From a virus: a stretch of 64,000 bases of DNA. Position 1 is the stretch's first letter. Each line of letters opens with the position of its first letter. The notes under the pieces are model-generated. The model made no database searches and had not been told where the DNA came from. It saw only the letters and a list, made by a program, of their open reading frames with translations. Made by a program: the position numbers and the translations under genes. The DNA is taken from positions 16,712 through 80,711 of the IMG/VR virus record IMGVR_UViG_3300025930_000141; one strand, given 5' to 3'. Shown here one piece after another: positions 19,162 through 27,001 of the stretch.

Positions 19162-19612
19162 AATGCCAAACCTCAAACTCAAACTCGGGGTAAATAGCCT
19201 CAGCGGCTAGTAATAGTTGCTCTACCTTCGGCCATTCCAGGCCCCCGATGCCTGAGCCGATTTCAGGAATTGCAATGGTGGTTCCCCACGCTTTTTCGGT
19301 AGGAGAGTAGAACCTAAAAAAGTCCATGACTGACGCAAAAACCCATTCATACCGGGCATTTGCTCCGGGATTGTCCTGGGTATAAAGATTAAGGATTACT
19401 ACGCCACGGTCAGGCACCCCAGTAAACTCACCGGGCACCGCAAGACCAACGTCGCACACATGCTTATAAAACTTGAAGTTGGCGGGGAACTTTTCCTTGA
19501 TAGTCTTCGCTACCCCGGCCCCCATGACACCTTTGATGTTGGCTCCGTGAGCAATAATCTTTGCGTCTGTTGTAAACAGGTCACCATTACGGTGCTGCAT
19601 GTTAATTTCCAA
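19151..19612 (-). CDS. macro domain (ADP-ribose hydrolase) protein
   Basis: GDLF, AHGAN..GVMGAGVA, NLYTQ, PEIGSGIGGLEW. Confidence 0.88.
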   Translation of the reverse strand: MEINMQHRNGDLFTTDAKIIAHGANIKGVMGAGVAKTIKEKFPANFKFYKHVCDVGLAVPGEFTGVPDRGVVILNLYTQDNPGANARYEWVFASVMDFFRFYSPTEKAWGTTIAIPEIGSGIGGLEWPKVEQLLLAAEAIYPEFEFEVWHYEG

Positions 19613-19634
19613 TCTGTTGACGGAACTTATGTTG

Positions 19635-19708
19635 CTCCCCGACTAGGATTCGAACCTAGAACTCACTGGTTAACGGCCAGTCACTCTGCCTGATTGAGTT
19701 ACCGGGGA
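19635..19708 (-). tRNA. tRNA-Asn(GTT)
   Basis: TCCCCGG/TCGGGGA G73; loop CC-GTT-AA. Confidence 0.9.
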
Positions 19709-19717
19709 ATGCATTTG

Positions 19718-19790
19718 CCGAGCATGTTTGTGTTAATCGAAATGCGGACAGGTCTTGCACATGGTTGATAAACGACCAACGTCGGCTCGG
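19718..19790 (-). ncRNA. Y-RNA-like copy 1 (short)
   Basis: CCGAGCCGA...CGTTTATC...CGATT...CATGCTCGG shared scaffold. Confidence 0.7.
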
Positions 19791-19824
19791 ACTTGTTTTG
19801 TTGTATTTATACTGCCCATATCAG

Positions 19825-19897
19825 CAACCCCATTAGGATTCGAACCTAAACCATCTAGAACCAAAATCTAGCGTCCTGCCAATTAGACCATGGGGTT
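19825..19897 (-). tRNA. tRNA-Gln(TTG)
   Basis: cloverleaf; loop TT-TTG-GT. Confidence 0.9.
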
Positions 19898-20072
19898 GGG
19901 TTGCCGTCTTTCCGGCTGTCAGGCTTCCTGGGCCAGTGCCTTATATTTGTATACCGGTTATGACCGTGGCCGGTTGCAGCATCACCACTCGCATCCCACC
20001 CGTTTGTTGCAGGTTTTACTCTTAAGCGATACCCGCTCACCGGCCAAAGCCTTGTCCGTGTGCTGCGTGACC

Positions 20073-20102
20073 ATTGTACACCGGGTGTACCGGCCCTGTC
20101 AA
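20073..20102 (-). promoter_or_regulatory. SigA-type promoter
   Basis: TTGACA-18-TACAAT. Confidence 0.75.
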
Positions 20103-20104
20103 CC

Positions 20105-20431
20105 TCAGATGTTTCTGACCTCACATGGGTCAGAGTCACCCGGACACCATAACTTTAAACCGTCAGCGCGCCATACGCCGGACACGGGCTTATAGTCTAC
20201 CTCGGCATATCCGACCGGAGTCAGATAACGGTAAATCAGTGTGTTGTCGGCAGGGCGTAGGTCCAACCACAAGACACCAATACAGCCGCAAACGGTATTG
20301 ACCTTAGCACGGGTCATGCCACCCTTAACGCTTACCCACTCGGCGTGGGTCATCATCTGTGGGTCCTTGGCCTGAGCCGGTGCGGGTAACAGAACAAACA
20401 ATGCGGCCAAAGCCGCTACAATCTTTTTCAA
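20105..20431 (-). CDS. small secreted protein
   Basis: signal peptide ending AQA; GMTRAKV..CGC, WC. Confidence 0.65.
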   Translation of the reverse strand: MKKIVAALAALFVLLPAPAQAKDPQMMTHAEWVSVKGGMTRAKVNTVCGCIGVLWLDLRPADNTLIYRYLTPVGYAEVDYKPVSGVWRADGLKLWCPGDSDPCEVRNI

Positions 20432-20622
20432 CTTAATCCTTCTCGATAGTACGAAGCCACATCAAACTGCTGTGACCACGTTAGTGGGTAACCGGTCCAA
20501 TTGAATGAATCATATACCTGGCCGTCTACGAATACTCTGTAAAGGTACCGGCGCGGGTACAGTTTAATCTCGTCCAGGTATATATCCACCTTCGTCCTCC
20601 CAAGTGTCGGTGTACTTTTCAC
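20428..20622 (-). CDS. hypothetical protein
   Basis: coupled ORF. Confidence 0.5.
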   Translation of the reverse strand: MKSTPTLGRTKVDIYLDEIKLYPRRYLYRVFVDGQVYDSFNWTGYPLTWSQQFDVASYYREGLS

Positions 20623-20720
20623 ATTCTAAACAAACATTGTTAATCACGATGTTGACAATATTGTGTGCGTCTTTATAAACCACATTACATGAAGGACACC
20701 GCATTACTACACACATGACG

Positions 20721-20795
20721 AGCCACCTATGGGATTCGAACCCATGACCTCAAACTTACCAAGTTTGCGCGCTAACCTAACTGTGCCAAGGCGGC
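20721..20795 (-). tRNA. tRNA-Thr(GGT)
   Basis: cloverleaf; loop TT-GGT-AA. Confidence 0.92.
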
Positions 20796-20855
20796 GGGTA
20801 GGGAGCGGTACGCTCTGCAAAGTTAGTGCAGTCTAACCACGCCCGCTTACCCCAG

Positions 20856-20926
20856 AGCCCCTAGCCGGGATTGAGCCGACTTCTCCTGTTTACAAGGCAG
20901 GTGCATCACCTTAATGCTTTAGGGGC
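20856..20926 (-). tRNA. tRNA-Thr(TGT)
   Basis: cloverleaf; loop CT-TGT-AA; atypical T-loop. Confidence 0.82.
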
Positions 20927-21029
20927 GAGTGGTGTGTTTTATGTTTCAATACCGGGCTGCTCCGTCACCAGTCCCTAATGAAACAAATGTTCACCGTCCA
21001 TAGCGGCTGGGGGTTGCGCCGCCACCACG

Positions 21030-21103
21030 AGCCGATACGGGGAATCGAACCCCGGCTATTCTACATTACGAAAGTAGTACCATACCATTTAGGAGTTATC
21101 GGC
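21030..21103 (-). tRNA. tRNA-Thr(CGT)
   Basis: GCCGATA/TATCGGC; loop TT-CGT-AA. Confidence 0.82.
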
Positions 21104-21138
21104 AGAGGTACCAGGATAGCAGGCCCGGTACCAGATTG

Positions 21139-21882
21139 TCAAATGAACTTAAGCAGTTCAGACCATGGGCCGTGGTCAGAAGAATTATCGTCTATGTCCA
21201 CGTAGGCCGCTATTACTTTAAGTCCCTTTAATACTGCACCGTCGATAAGGCGACTACCATGTGTACCGCGCGACGGTAGCCGGTCAACAGCAGACCACAC
21301 CAGTTTCCACATTGGGAACTTAACCTTGATTGCCGCGCGAGCCCAGCGGTGCTTGAAGTTAATGTTCCAGTCACCGGCCAAGATAGAGGCGTCAGTCTTG
21401 AAATGTGTCTTTAGTTGATTACTGCGTCGGCGCAGGTTGTTTGTAGCCTGATGCCAGGCGACCACTCGGTCGGTATGACGGTGGTGGGCCAGGTCGCCCT
21501 CTACTCCCGAAGGGAAGTGACAAACCGAAACCACTACGCGCTTACCAGACTCAAGGTGTTCCAGTACCGCGTTTTGTGCATACAGCGGAGACGACAGGTG
21601 TCCACCCAACTTGAACAGGTGATGAGACACTAAGTACGACTCGTGGAAGATGACCTTAAATACTGACTTGTCATAAACAATGGCAGAGTCATCTTTGAGT
21701 CCCTTGTCGCCAACCACAACACCAAAGCCGGGTACGGCCAGGGCATCCTCGCGGCCCTCGGTAGCCACCTCTGTAAGTGTGATAACTTGTGCGGTTTGAG
21801 CGTACTTGAGTACGGCTCGATGCAATGCCTGAATACTACCCTTGTAGAACCCAGACGAATGCGTGTGCTTAAATCTAATCAT
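21139..21882 (-). CDS. endonuclease/exonuclease/phosphatase (EEP) family protein
   Basis: TLTE, AGDWN, IDG, SSDH. Confidence 0.8.
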   Translation of the reverse strand: MIRFKHTHSSGFYKGSIQALHRAVLKYAQTAQVITLTEVATEGREDALAVPGFGVVVGDKGLKDDSAIVYDKSVFKVIFHESYLVSHHLFKLGGHLSSPLYAQNAVLEHLESGKRVVVSVCHFPSGVEGDLAHHRHTDRVVAWHQATNNLRRRSNQLKTHFKTDASILAGDWNINFKHRWARAAIKVKFPMWKLVWSAVDRLPSRGTHGSRLIDGAVLKGLKVIAAYVDIDDNSSDHGPWSELLKFI

Positions 21883-21901
21883 GTGCTCAGTATATCACGC
21901 T

Positions 21902-22165
21902 TTAGGAGTCAGCGCCACTAACGTCGGTGCTCTTGGGCCTGCGAGCAAACTTCTCCTGGCGCTTGTCACGGCGCTTCTGGGCAGCCTTGTCCTTGCGGCG
22001 CTGGTACTTGCGATGCAGAGCAAAGATGGTAAGCACGTTACCCTTTAATTCGGTGTCCCAGTCGCCGTACTCGCGGTACTCTTTTTGGAGTTCTCGCAGG
22101 TAGTTAAGGTCGTCACTGATGATGTGCTTATTGCGTGGCCTAGACAATTTCCTCTGCCTTTGCAA
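21902..22165 (-). CDS. basic hypothetical protein
   Basis: Arg/Lys-rich ORF; start uncertain. Confidence 0.5.
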   Translation of the reverse strand: MQRQRKLSRPRNKHIISDDLNYLRELQKEYREYGDWDTELKGNVLTIFALHRKYQRRKDKAAQKRRDKRQEKFARRPKSTDVSGADS

Positions 22166-22487
22166 TAGCCTTATCCATGACCGCGACTACCTCGTCTTCG
22201 GTGCGACCTGGGGCATCGTTCCAGTATGGAATGTTTAGCAGTTCGTCGGCACGCTTAAACTCGGGGTACTGCTCCTGAACAATTTCCTGAATAAACTGTG
22301 CGTACGGCATGGCCTCTTCACGAACGTAATCAAACTCTCCGGTTTCCTCACCCAGAGCCAAAGCAATGTGGCCGAGAGTACAATAACCATTTGTGTCTTC
22401 ATCATAATAGGCATCCGTGGTCCAGCGACCCGGAATGTTTGTGCGCATCTTGCGCAGTACACTTACATCAATCTTGTTATCGGACAT
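22140..22487 (-). CDS. hypothetical protein (common in actinophages)
   Basis: CTLG...WNDAPGRT..EVV; GAAAGGA RBS. Confidence 0.65.
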   Translation of the reverse strand: MSDNKIDVSVLRKMRTNIPGRWTTDAYYDEDTNGYCTLGHIALALGEETGEFDYVREEAMPYAQFIQEIVQEQYPEFKRADELLNIPYWNDAPGRTEDEVVAVMDKAIAKAEEIV

Positions 22488-22506
22488 TAACTTTCCTTTC
22501 GTAGAG

Positions 22507-22578
22507 AGTCCCCAGCGGGACTTGAACCCGCGACCGGCAATTTAGGAAATTGCTGTTCTGCCACTGAACTATGGGGAC
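22507..22578 (-). tRNA. tRNA-Arg(CCT)
   Basis: cloverleaf; loop TT-CCT-AA. Confidence 0.92.
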
Positions 22579-22579
22579 G

Positions 22580-22655
22580 TGCGCCAGATGGGAGTCGAAC
22601 CCACATGTATCCATTATACTTTCAACTGCTTCGGGGGCAGGGGTAATACTAGCGC
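22580..22655 (-). tRNA. atypical D-armless tRNA-Arg(CCG)-like
   Basis: GCGCTAG/CTGGCGC acceptor, CTGC-CCCCGAA-GCAG, long region with AATGG, canonical T-arm. Confidence 0.65.
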
Positions 22656-22656
22656 A

Positions 22657-23103
22657 TTATGGTGGAGGTATTTCAATACCCCGGTCTACGTTATGTCTGT
22701 ACTCAAGAAGTCGCATGTGATGATATGCCCAAAAGACCAATTGAATAATCGCGGGTATAATTTGGAACCAATACCCGTGTGTTGAGTATACCACGACAGC
22801 ATAGAACCACACAAGGTAGCCGAGCAGCGGTCCAGCGCTAGAAATGGGCCTGTAGCGCATCAATAAATTCACGATGGACAGAACCACCGCTGCAATTGCT
22901 GCGACGCCCCAGAGGCTCACAGCGGGCACCAGGGCTATGTCTGTGGTCAACTGGTAGAGCACGCTGGCCTGCACCGACGCGGTGCTGGTGAAAAACACAA
23001 AGGCTATACCCATGTTCAGCGTATATGCCAACATAAGGTATAGCCAAAGAGGGAAGCGTTCACCCTCGCTTCGGTAGATTAATCTTGGCAAATACTTTCT
23101 CAT
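22657..23103 (-). CDS. 4-TM membrane protein
   Basis: four hydrophobic segments. Confidence 0.7.
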   Translation of the reverse strand: MRKYLPRLIYRSEGERFPLWLYLMLAYTLNMGIAFVFFTSTASVQASVLYQLTTDIALVPAVSLWGVAAIAAVVLSIVNLLMRYRPISSAGPLLGYLVWFYAVVVYSTHGYWFQIIPAIIQLVFWAYHHMRLLEYRHNVDRGIEIPPP

Positions 23104-23175
23104 GTACTGATTTTACCACACTGTCCACAAAAAGCATTGAGTCTGCTACTCTATCCCAAAAGAAGTTAATCATCG

Positions 23176-23247
23176 AGGCACTTACCGGATTCGAACCGGT
23201 ATAAAGTAGGGTTGCAATCTACTGGATAGCCATTCTCCCAAAGCGCC
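23176..23247 (-). tRNA. tRNA-Cys(GCA)
   Basis: GGCGCTT/AAGTGCC U73; loop TT-GCA-AC. Confidence 0.9.
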
Positions 23248-23525
23248 ATAGACCGGGCGGGCTGACTCACGAATGCAAGAAGTAGGGTTGTTGCTAGCAC
23301 AGAGCCCACGGTACTTTCGGATAACCAGCCGGTACGCCGCACTATCACGTAGCGCCCGGTAAAGCCTATTTAATTTTAACGCCCAGTCTTTCGACGTTCT
23401 TATCGTTCTCTACACCGTCCTTACCGCGCTGACAGCGCGGCGAACAGTAAACTCTGTCTTCGACAATCCAAAGGTGAGTTGCAATCCTGCACTTGCATTT
23501 AGTACATTTCACATTGGGTTCATTT

Positions 23526-23759
23526 TTACGTGCCCTGTGGGCCACGCTTGCGAGCGCGTTGCCGCGCCTCGTATGGAGTCGGCTCCCCACGGTCTCGGTA
23601 TTGCTCGTTTACGAGCCACGCCTTATGGTTTGCCTCGATGTTTGCCTTTTTCCTGCGCTGTGCTGCTTCCCAGCACGCCTTACGCTTTGCTCTGCGGTTT
23701 ACGTTCATCGCACGCTTCGGCAAGTTCTTGCGCAGTTTGGCGTCGTTTTGTCCAGCCAT
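23526..23759 (-). CDS. small basic protein
   Basis: Arg/Lys-rich; AGGGG RBS. Confidence 0.55.
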   Translation of the reverse strand: MAGQNDAKLRKNLPKRAMNVNRRAKRKACWEAAQRRKKANIEANHKAWLVNEQYRDRGEPTPYEARQRARKRGPQGT

Positions 23760-23934
23760 GACTTTTAGTCACCCCCTTAAGGTTTACCTAATCGTCATGG
23801 CTTGCTCCTATGTTGTTCAAACTTGTCTCCTGTTATGGATATACCGGCCCCTACGGGTCCAACGCCACCCACCCTCGGTAGGACGAGGTTAAGCGTGAAG
23901 CGTTCGGTAGTGATAGCACTCCCGACCGGTATTG

Positions 23935-24008
23935 TGGAGGTAAAGGGATTTGAACCCTTGACTTCTAGTATGCCATACTAGCGTTCTACCTGGCTGAACT
24001 ATACCCCC
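23935..24008 (-). tRNA. tRNA-Ala(GGC)
   Basis: G3:U70 pair; loop AT-GGC-AT. Confidence 0.92.
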
Positions 24009-24102
24009 AGGGCACCCTTTGTTAAAGCAGGTCTGGCGACTGCACCCCGCGCGCAGGGTCACGGCTTCTCGGCCCTTGTACTTTGGGTCTCATCCATCAT
24101 TG

Positions 24103-24175
24103 TGGAGGATACCGGAATCGAACCGGTGACTTCTACCTTGCAAAAGTAGCACTCTACCTGCTGAGTTAATCCCCC
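24103..24175 (-). tRNA. tRNA-Ala(TGC)
   Basis: G3:U70 pair; loop TT-TGC-AA. Confidence 0.92.
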
Positions 24176-24193
24176 AGGATTATTTAGTTAGCG

Positions 24194-24264
24194 TGGCGTA
24201 CGAGAGATTTGAACTCTCAGAGTAGGGATTTACAGTCCCGCTCCCTCAACCAACGGTGTACGCC
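24194..24264 (-). tRNA. tRNA-Tyr(GTA), atypical D arm and short V arm
   Basis: GGCGTAC/GTACGCC; loop CT-GTA-AA. Confidence 0.75.
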
Positions 24265-24274
24265 GTGTGGTCCC

Positions 24275-24303
24275 ATTGTACAGGTTGGGACCGTACCTGT
24301 CAA
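24275..24303 (-). promoter_or_regulatory. SigA-type promoter
   Basis: TTGACA-17-TACAAT. Confidence 0.8.
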
Positions 24304-24578
24304 GCCTGTGTTATTGTGATTTGTAGGAAGTCGTTGGCGCTTCCCTCGACCGGCTTGTGGTCCTCGTTAAAGTGACCATTGATGTTTACTACCCAATCAT
24401 GGTCGGGCCAGTTACGACCAAAGACCATGGTTCTATCAAATAGGTCGTAAACCACTTCACTTGCTGCGTCGATTGCTCGTACCGCTGCCTCGTTGTCCTC
24501 GACATTTACCATGTCTTGGACCTCACCCGTGTGGCTGTCGCCAGTATTCTTTAATACTACCTTTGCTGAAAAACTCAT
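24300..24578 (-). CDS. hypothetical protein
   Basis: coupled to upstream lysin-like gene. Confidence 0.55.
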   Translation of the reverse strand: MSFSAKVVLKNTGDSHTGEVQDMVNVEDNEAAVRAIDAASEVVYDLFDRTMVFGRNWPDHDWVVNINGHFNEDHKPVEGSANDFLQITITQA

Positions 24579-25339
24579 TAGCCCGCCAATACAGCGTCAA
24601 TATAAGACCATACGTTGCGCGGTGTAGTCGTGCCCGCTGGTGTATAAAACTGTGGACGACCCTGGCTAATCCAACGGTCTGCTCCACCTAGGCCTAGATT
24701 ATAAGACGCTACCGCGTCGCCTAGAACGCCATAACGCTGGAACGCTTGGTCATTACCCTTGCTGTTCTTGAAGTGTGTTAATGCGTTGTTCATGTAATTG
24801 GTTACAAAGTCGAATGCAATCTTTGGTCGGAACCGCTCGATTGCATCTAAGTCCGGGTGCGAAGGACCATTGATTTGTGCTAGTCCTAGGTCTTCCGGGT
24901 CCACGAAGCCTACCGCGCCAGCGTCCCATGAGGACTCGTGACGGATAATACCAGAAACAACAACCGGGGTAAGCGGTGGCTTACCGCTGGCCTCGACCTC
25001 TGAGATAAGGTCGGGGTACAGCAATAGGAAAGAACTGTCTTCCCCAATGCCGCCCCAAGGCGTTACGAAGTCCTTATGCTTGTTCTGGAATGTTGTAACT
25101 GCATCGCTCGTGGCCTGGTCGAACTTACCAGTAACCTTAACCGTTCCCTTGCCAAGTCTACGGTTGAGTGCTCGTTGATATGCCTTAACTGCATGATGAA
25201 CAGCAAAGTTATCTTGATTTGTAGTTGGGTCTAGTTCACCAGACCCGAGATAGTAATACGGTCCAGGCTTGGTTGACTTATAAGCCTTGGTACCGCCTGC
25301 GCCGGAATTATTCCAAGCGCCTCTTCCATGAGTTGCCAT
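24578..25339 (-). CDS. peptidoglycan-binding domain + lytic transglycosylase (endolysin-like)
   Basis: VKAYQRALN..TGKFDQAT..AVTTFQ; HESS, GLAQIN, ASYNLG. Confidence 0.8.
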   Translation of the reverse strand: MATHGRGAWNNSGAGGTKAYKSTKPGPYYYLGSGELDPTTNQDNFAVHHAVKAYQRALNRRLGKGTVKVTGKFDQATSDAVTTFQNKHKDFVTPWGGIGEDSSFLLLYPDLISEVEASGKPPLTPVVVSGIIRHESSWDAGAVGFVDPEDLGLAQINGPSHPDLDAIERFRPKIAFDFVTNYMNNALTHFKNSKGNDQAFQRYGVLGDAVASYNLGLGGADRWISQGRPQFYTPAGTTTPRNVWSYIDAVLAG

Positions 25340-25361
25340 AATATTATGTTCCCTTCGGGAG

Positions 25362-25431
25362 TGCTGATGCCGGGAATTGAACCCAGACCAAGTGGTTATG
25401 AGTCACTTCGGCTCGCCGTCGCCTCACCAGC
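25362..25431 (-). tRNA. tRNA-Met/Ile2(CAT), reduced D arm
   Basis: GCTGGTG/CATCAGC; loop CT-CAT-AA. Confidence 0.75.
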
Positions 25432-25523
25432 AATGCTACAGTTCTTACTAACGCACCGCTCCGCTCCGCTGTAGCACCGTGCGGAATCCCATGCGAATGG
25501 GCTTAAGGTACCCTATCCCATTG

Positions 25524-25596
25524 TGCGGTAGACGGGACTCGGACCCGCAACTTCCACGTTGGCAACGTGACACTCTACCAATTGAGTTACTACCAC
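25524..25596 (-). tRNA. tRNA-Gly(GCC)
   Basis: cloverleaf; loop TT-GCC-AA; A73, T-loop TCCGAGT. Confidence 0.82.
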
Positions 25597-25724
25597 TGGT
25601 GGGGCTTGGTTCTTTTATTTATGCAGGTTAAGAAACACCCCGGCAATAAGCCCTGCGTTATCCGTACTTCGTCTTAAGCCGTTTCTGGACCTTCACGAGT
25701 AAAGTTTCGAACCTTTACTGCTTG
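25597..25724 (-). ncRNA. pseudoknotted spacer RNA, copy A
   Basis: shares motifs and covarying helices with 25801-25927; ends ACCA. Confidence 0.7.
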
Positions 25725-25800
25725 TGACGTGGACGGGAATCGAACCCGCAATGGCAAGAGATTGAAAGTCTCCGCTGCAACCGCCAGTGGACACCACGCC
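25725..25800 (-). tRNA. tRNA-Glu(TTC), atypical D arm
   Basis: GGCGTGG/CCACGTC; loop CT-TTC-AA. Confidence 0.78.
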
Positions 25801-25927
25801 TGGTCCGAGGGTCAACACTTTGGATTAGACTGGAAAGTCCCTCGGGCGCTAAAACCAGTGTTACGGGGCCACGTCTTAAGCCGCTACTACCGTCTTCACG
25901 AACAAAGTTTCGAACCTTTGCTGCTTG
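25801..25927 (-). ncRNA. pseudoknotted spacer RNA, copy B
   Basis: see copy A. Confidence 0.7.
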
Positions 25928-26001
25928 TAGCCCCTACGGGATTCGAACCCGTCATCACACAGATTGAGAGTCTGGTATCCTTGCCACAAGACCCAGAGGC
26001 C
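25928..26001 (-). tRNA. tRNA-Glu(CTC)
   Basis: cloverleaf; loop CT-CTC-AA. Confidence 0.85.
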
Positions 26002-26012
26002 GTATGTCACCA

Positions 26013-26041
26013 ATTATACAGGCTGGTGACCCACCTGTCAA
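26013..26041 (-). promoter_or_regulatory. SigA-type promoter
   Basis: TTGACA-17-TATAAT. Confidence 0.85.
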
Positions 26042-26046
26042 GCCTG

Positions 26047-26451
26047 TCAGGGGACGCTGTTGCCGTAGCACTTATCAGGGTCACACCACAACTTATCAAA
26101 TACCCGCCACGGTGCCCCAGCACTAAACTGACGATACGTCAGGATAACGTTTACGTGAGGCGGCGCGCCGTTGTATTGGACATTCTTGAATGCGTGTCCG
26201 TTGTTATTCCAAGAAGCAATCTTTTCACCAGAGCAGTCACAAATGTTTTCTGCTTGAGTTTGGGTTGCTCCACTGGTGGAGTCGTCTCCCGGACACAACT
26301 GGCCTGCCTGAGCATCAATCTCAACAGTACACAAACCCGTGTACTCGCTCTTGGTCCAGGTACCCACAAAAGCGTGGGCCGGGGAGACGGTTGAAAGCAT
26401 TAGCGTCAGACCAGACAACAGCGTGGCGGTCAATAATAGCATTTTCTTCAT
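26047..26451 (-). CDS. secreted Cys-containing protein
   Basis: signal peptide ending AHA; ICDCSG, LWCD. Confidence 0.65.
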   Translation of the reverse strand: MKKMLLLTATLLSGLTLMLSTVSPAHAFVGTWTKSEYTGLCTVEIDAQAGQLCPGDDSTSGATQTQAENICDCSGEKIASWNNNGHAFKNVQYNGAPPHVNVILTYRQFSAGAPWRVFDKLWCDPDKCYGNSVP

Positions 26452-26461
26452 ATTATTCCTT

Positions 26462-27001
26462 TCAGGTCAACCTGGCACGAACTACGGTGCGATAGTCTGT
26501 GTGAACAAACCTCGACGCACATGTAATAAGTGTTAATGTTTCGTGCCTGTTGTTTAATACAGATACATTGGTGTAGTATACGTTGAACTTGTTTGTAACT
26601 TTAAACGTGTATTGGGTTCCACATTTTTCAATGACTACCCGGTCGCCGGGTGTCAATTCTGGGAGCCGCGCAAAGGGCTCTCCGTGCGTTACAACGTGTG
26701 CAGTGAGCGCATAGTTCCCCCTGCCCACCGGGCCGGTATGTGGGAAGTGCCCCACGACCCCTGAGTTTAGCACCTTTTCACTGACGCCATTCTCAATCGG
26801 CATTACGTAATGCCCCCAGGATGGAACCCGAATTAGTGCGCCGGGGCACTTGTGCAGGGCTACGCCCTGTCTAATCTTTGAAACCTCAGCCTTTTGATGT
26901 TGTTCAATGGCTACCGGGTCAGACCCGGTATGGGGCATTCCGAAGAATACAACCATACCGAGCCCGACCACAATCAGTGTCAGTGCGAATAACTTACGCA
27001 C
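26462..27001 (-). CDS. sortase (class E-like)
   Basis: N-terminal TM; GHFP, LTAHVVTHGEPF, TLITC, catalytic Arg; start approximate. Confidence 0.9.
   Translation of the reverse strand: MRKLFALTLIVVGLGMVVFFGMPHTGSDPVAIEQHQKAEVSKIRQGVALHKCPGALIRVPSWGHYVMPIENGVSEKVLNSGVVGHFPHTGPVGRGNYALTAHVVTHGEPFARLPELTPGDRVVIEKCGTQYTFKVTNKFNVYYTNVSVLNNRHETLTLITCASRFVHTDYRTVVRARLT

Noticed and set aside
25597-25610. tmRNA 3' end (CCACCA)
   Set aside because: No adjacent T-arm, matching 5' end or tag ORF; no tmRNA recognised in this window
25597-25927. Theta/HDV-like, pistol or twister ribozyme call for the twin RNAs
   Set aside because: Could not map the nested P1/P1.1/P2/P3 topology or the catalytic consensus residues; left as an unknown family
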